Source: Verrucomicrobiota bacterium (GTDB taxonomy: Bacteria; Verrucomicrobiota; Verrucomicrobiia; Opitutales; Cerasicoccaceae). Taken from it: 64,000 nucleotides of DNA. The notes beneath the pieces were generated by a model. It saw only the letters and a list, made by a program, of their open reading frames with translations, was not told the origin of the DNA and searched no databases. Shown in pieces: positions 61,108 to 64,000 of the stretch. Numbering within the stretch: the stretch's first letter is position 1; each line of letters starts with the position of its first letter. The DNA is taken from positions 1-64,000 of the forward strand of contig JBCBUK010000014.1 in assembly GCA_039818205.1 (NCBI GenBank). Direction: 5' to 3'. The translations under genes were made by a program, and so were the position numbers.

Positions 61108-63075
61108 ATGGTTAAATTTTCACTTGGTAATCTCAAAGGCTCACCGAGCTTTACACGTGCAGCGTTACTGGGCAGCTTCTTCGCAACCCTTGGCAGTGTT
61201 AGCGCGCAAACGTATATTGATGTCTATCCAGAAGTTACCCGGCAGATTGGCGGCGTTAGTGAGTTGAATCGTTCGGCCTACTTTGGGCTTTCGCACGATG
61301 GGGAATATTTCGATGCCCGGGTTCCCACCGAGGAGATGTATGACTATCTGATTGGAGATTTAAACATCCGCTTCGGGCGCAGCCTTGGACCAATTCGCCG
61401 AGTCGCACCTCTTAGTGCCAGCAATGAAGATCCGAAGCGCCCTGGTTTTGCCGATCCACGATACGTAAAGCAGAGAGCCGAAGGGCGACTCCGGGAAAAC
61501 AGTCGGCAGATGATTCGCGACTTTGGTGACAATCTAGATGTCGCAGGACATGGTCGCGATCGGGAGTTCCCCAGATTCATGGGATCATTTACTTCGGAGC
61601 ATTCGAGTGAAGGCGGCAAACATCACCACCTTCCCCAGAATATCGAAGCGGCCTCGGAGTATGCGCTGCTCGCCATGAAGTATGGCTACGATGACTTTAC
61701 CCGGCCGCGCTATTACGAACCGATCAATGAACCTCACTGGTCTCTGTGGGGTGAGCACCTTGCCGACTGGCATCTGATGGTTCATGAGCTGTTCGAAGAA
61801 GAGCTACCCGACGTCTTAGTGGGCGGCCCATGCAGCTCCGTCGGCTACATGTATCAAAACAATTACCGTACATGGAATGGCTTCCGTGAGTTCATTGATT
61901 TGACCGAGGGCAAACTCGATTTCTATTCCTTCCACGTTTATGACTTCCTGCGCTTCGAGAATGATGACTACATCGGAAACATCCAAAGTGGTCTGCCGCT
62001 GGAGGGAGTCATTGATCTGGTCAACAACTACACGGTCAATCAGTACGGCAAAGAAACCGCAATTGTTCTCAGCGAACACGGCGGCTATGTTACCGGCAAA
62101 AGCGGTAAGAGCGAACAAGACATTCAGAACGAAATCGCCGACAAGTATTTCGATCGTAATGGCGATGACTTTGAAACGGTCTTAAAAAAGCGCTCGATCA
62201 CCAACGGCAACATGGTCCGCAGTGCCATTGGCAACACGCTCGTATTCATGGACAACCCACACACAGTGATCAAGGCCGTGCCGTTCATCCTGCTCGAATC
62301 CTTCGCCTGGGACCCCTACTACTACGCGACCGCCTATGTCATGCAGGATTTCCGAGACCGCTCCAACTGGGTCCCCACCGAAAACTTGATGTTCTATCAG
62401 CTGTTCAAAGACCTGAAGGGCCGCCGCGTATTCGCCGCCAGCGACAATCCAGCGATCCAGGTCCGTGCCTTCGCCGAGCGAGACGAGCTCTACCTCGTCC
62501 TCAACAACCTTGGCGCAACACCCGATCAGCTTAGCATCCGTCTTCCAGAAGCCTCTACATACGAGCTGCAACGCTTCGGACGGAATCGCGATTTCACTCC
62601 CTACCTGGTTGACGAGAGAATCGACAATGCCCAATCGATCACACTCGCGGGCTACGAAACCGTTGTGCTCATGGCAACCTACCCCGGACCTATCCGCGAA
62701 CGCATGGTCATTAATGAGGTCCCTTACTACGCGGATGAAACCGTAGTCGCGATTGCCGAAGGCGAGACTGAAACATTTTCAATCGAACTACCCGATCCCT
62801 ACGACGCGCTCTACGCCACACTGCGCATCGGCTTTCGCAAAGACCCAAGTGCCTCGCGCGAAATCGACGCCACCTTCAATGGCAAAACAATCTCCTTGCC
62901 CATCGAAACGAACGTCGAGCGCTATGATCGTGGGTCCGACTTTGCCACCACCCGCATGGCACATATCGATGCCGACCTGCTGAAAGAGAACAACAAAGTC
63001 AGAATCTCATTCCCCGACGATGAATCAGGAACGATTGGGTCGGTTGTTCTTCGCGTTGTCCGCAAAGTTTACTAG
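61108..63075 (+). CDS. GH86-like beta-porphyranase/agarase (second paralog)
   Basis: SELNRSAYF, YEPINEP, FYSFHVYD, LSEHG, GSVVL. Confidence 0.78.
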   Translation: MVKFSLGNLKGSPSFTRAALLGSFFATLGSVSAQTYIDVYPEVTRQIGGVSELNRSAYFGLSHDGEYFDARVPTEEMYDYLIGDLNIRFGRSLGPIRRVAPLSASNEDPKRPGFADPRYVKQRAEGRLRENSRQMIRDFGDNLDVAGHGRDREFPRFMGSFTSEHSSEGGKHHHLPQNIEAASEYALLAMKYGYDDFTRPRYYEPINEPHWSLWGEHLADWHLMVHELFEEELPDVLVGGPCSSVGYMYQNNYRTWNGFREFIDLTEGKLDFYSFHVYDFLRFENDDYIGNIQSGLPLEGVIDLVNNYTVNQYGKETAIVLSEHGGYVTGKSGKSEQDIQNEIADKYFDRNGDDFETVLKKRSITNGNMVRSAIGNTLVFMDNPHTVIKAVPFILLESFAWDPYYYATAYVMQDFRDRSNWVPTENLMFYQLFKDLKGRRVFAASDNPAIQVRAFAERDELYLVLNNLGATPDQLSIRLPEASTYELQRFGRNRDFTPYLVDERIDNAQSITLAGYETVVLMATYPGPIRERMVINEVPYYADETVVAIAEGETETFSIELPDPYDALYATLRIGFRKDPSASREIDATFNGKTISLPIETNVERYDRGSDFATTRMAHIDADLLKENNKVRISFPDDESGTIGSVVLRVVRKVY

Positions 63076-63133
63076 TCTCTTTTAGTTCCAAAGCATCTCC
63101 CGCTTCAACCATCCAACCCATACGCCCTCTACC

Positions 63134-63787
63134 ATGTTAAAACTCATTTTATCTTACAGCTTGCTTATCGCTTTCGCAGCAACCGCGCAAGCAGCGCCAC
63201 TCTTCGAAGCTAAAGACGGTTTACTAATTATCGAATCCGAATCGACCCGTTCGAAACTCGGAGAGTGGCAGGAAAAATCTGCCCTCGAGGGATTCGCCGG
63301 CGAAGGCTACCTTGAGTTTACCGGGAACCGACCCGAAAATGGACCGCCAAAATCTCCGCTCAAATACCGCTTCCAAGTCGATAAAGACGGCAAGTATAAG
63401 TTGTGGATTCGGGCACACCAACGTCTTGTTGCCGACAATGGTGAAAAGGCTCGCTGGGACCACTGCAACGACTGCTATGTCCGACTCGATGGAAACTATA
63501 AGTCCGGCAATGACGTCCCTGTTGAGCAACTGGAAACCGACACCAAGCTCTACGTTAATGGCAAGGATACTTGGAACAGCACCAAGCAGTTAGACTTCCA
63601 TCATCCAGAAACGCACAAGGCGGTTAAGCGGCAGCCAGTTTATGAGTTGAAGGCCGGACGAAAATACACACTCTACATATCTGGGCGCTCTCAACGATTC
63701 AACATGGATCGCATAATCCTGCATCACGAAAGCATACCCCAATCCAAAACTACCAACCCGGAACTTCCTGAAAGCAACCGGCGCTAA
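63134..63787 (+). CDS. Secreted single-module protein homologous to an internal module of the 54965 protein
   Basis: FEAKDGLLIIESE, GYLEFTG, NDCYV, GRS..FNMDRI. Confidence 0.75.
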   Translation: MLKLILSYSLLIAFAATAQAAPLFEAKDGLLIIESESTRSKLGEWQEKSALEGFAGEGYLEFTGNRPENGPPKSPLKYRFQVDKDGKYKLWIRAHQRLVADNGEKARWDHCNDCYVRLDGNYKSGNDVPVEQLETDTKLYVNGKDTWNSTKQLDFHHPETHKAVKRQPVYELKAGRKYTLYISGRSQRFNMDRIILHHESIPQSKTTNPELPESNRR

Positions 63788-63800
63788 GAATCCAAAAAAC

Positions 63801-64000
63801 ATGCGCGCAACCCTGACATTGTTCTCCACCCTCGCCCTCACCTCCAGCGTCGTATTTGCCGATACCGCGGTCTCAAAGCCAGACACGGAAGAAACGTGGA
63901 CTGTCGTCGATACCACCAACACGTGCACTGCTCGGCACGAAGCCAGCATGGTTACCCTGGGCGATAAATTGTATCTAATTGGTGGGCGCCGCAAGGTGCC
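63801..64000 (+). CDS. Kelch-repeat secreted protein (partial, runs off window)
   Basis: Signal peptide, then ARHEASMVTLGDKLYLIGGRR. Confidence 0.75.
   Translation, partial: MRATLTLFSTLALTSSVVFADTAVSKPDTEETWTVVDTTNTCTARHEASMVTLGDKLYLIGGRRKV

Overview
Bacterial chromosome segment, most likely from a marine Verrucomicrobiota (Opitutia-like). This is inferred from the LpxC-FabZ fusion, PEP-CTERM-type proteins, an ECF/FecR pair and an algal-galactan cluster with no SusC/D. Three zones are visible. (1) 1-3.8 kb is the right end of an AT-richer genomic island at the 3' end of tRNA-Ser(GCT). It carries a phage-type tyrosine integrase, a MafI-like immunity gene and the distal end of an integron-type cassette array: four attC-like sites, two intact and two decayed, and three cassettes including a coiled-coil+TIR putative NADase. 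No intI is in the window. (2) 3.8-47.4 kb is core genome: rpmG, mrp, tolB-like, proA, pspA-like, galM, a frameshifted yggU, pstS-C-A-B-phoU, ilvA, ppiD-like, yebC, yidC, a Zn/Mn ABC transporter, lpxC-fabZ/lpxA, ribD, rdgB, two tandem PEP-CTERM paralogs, ptsH, pilC-like and tRNA-Gly. It also holds an orphan structured sRNA candidate at about 18.5 kb. (3) 49-64 kb is a porphyran/agar-type utilisation cluster (two GH86-like, GH29, ECF sigma/FecR, a ~1570-aa DUF5060 multidomain protein, a partial kelch protein) with a recurring CACGTG-centred operator-like motif. All family calls come from motif recognition by eye; no database searches were run.
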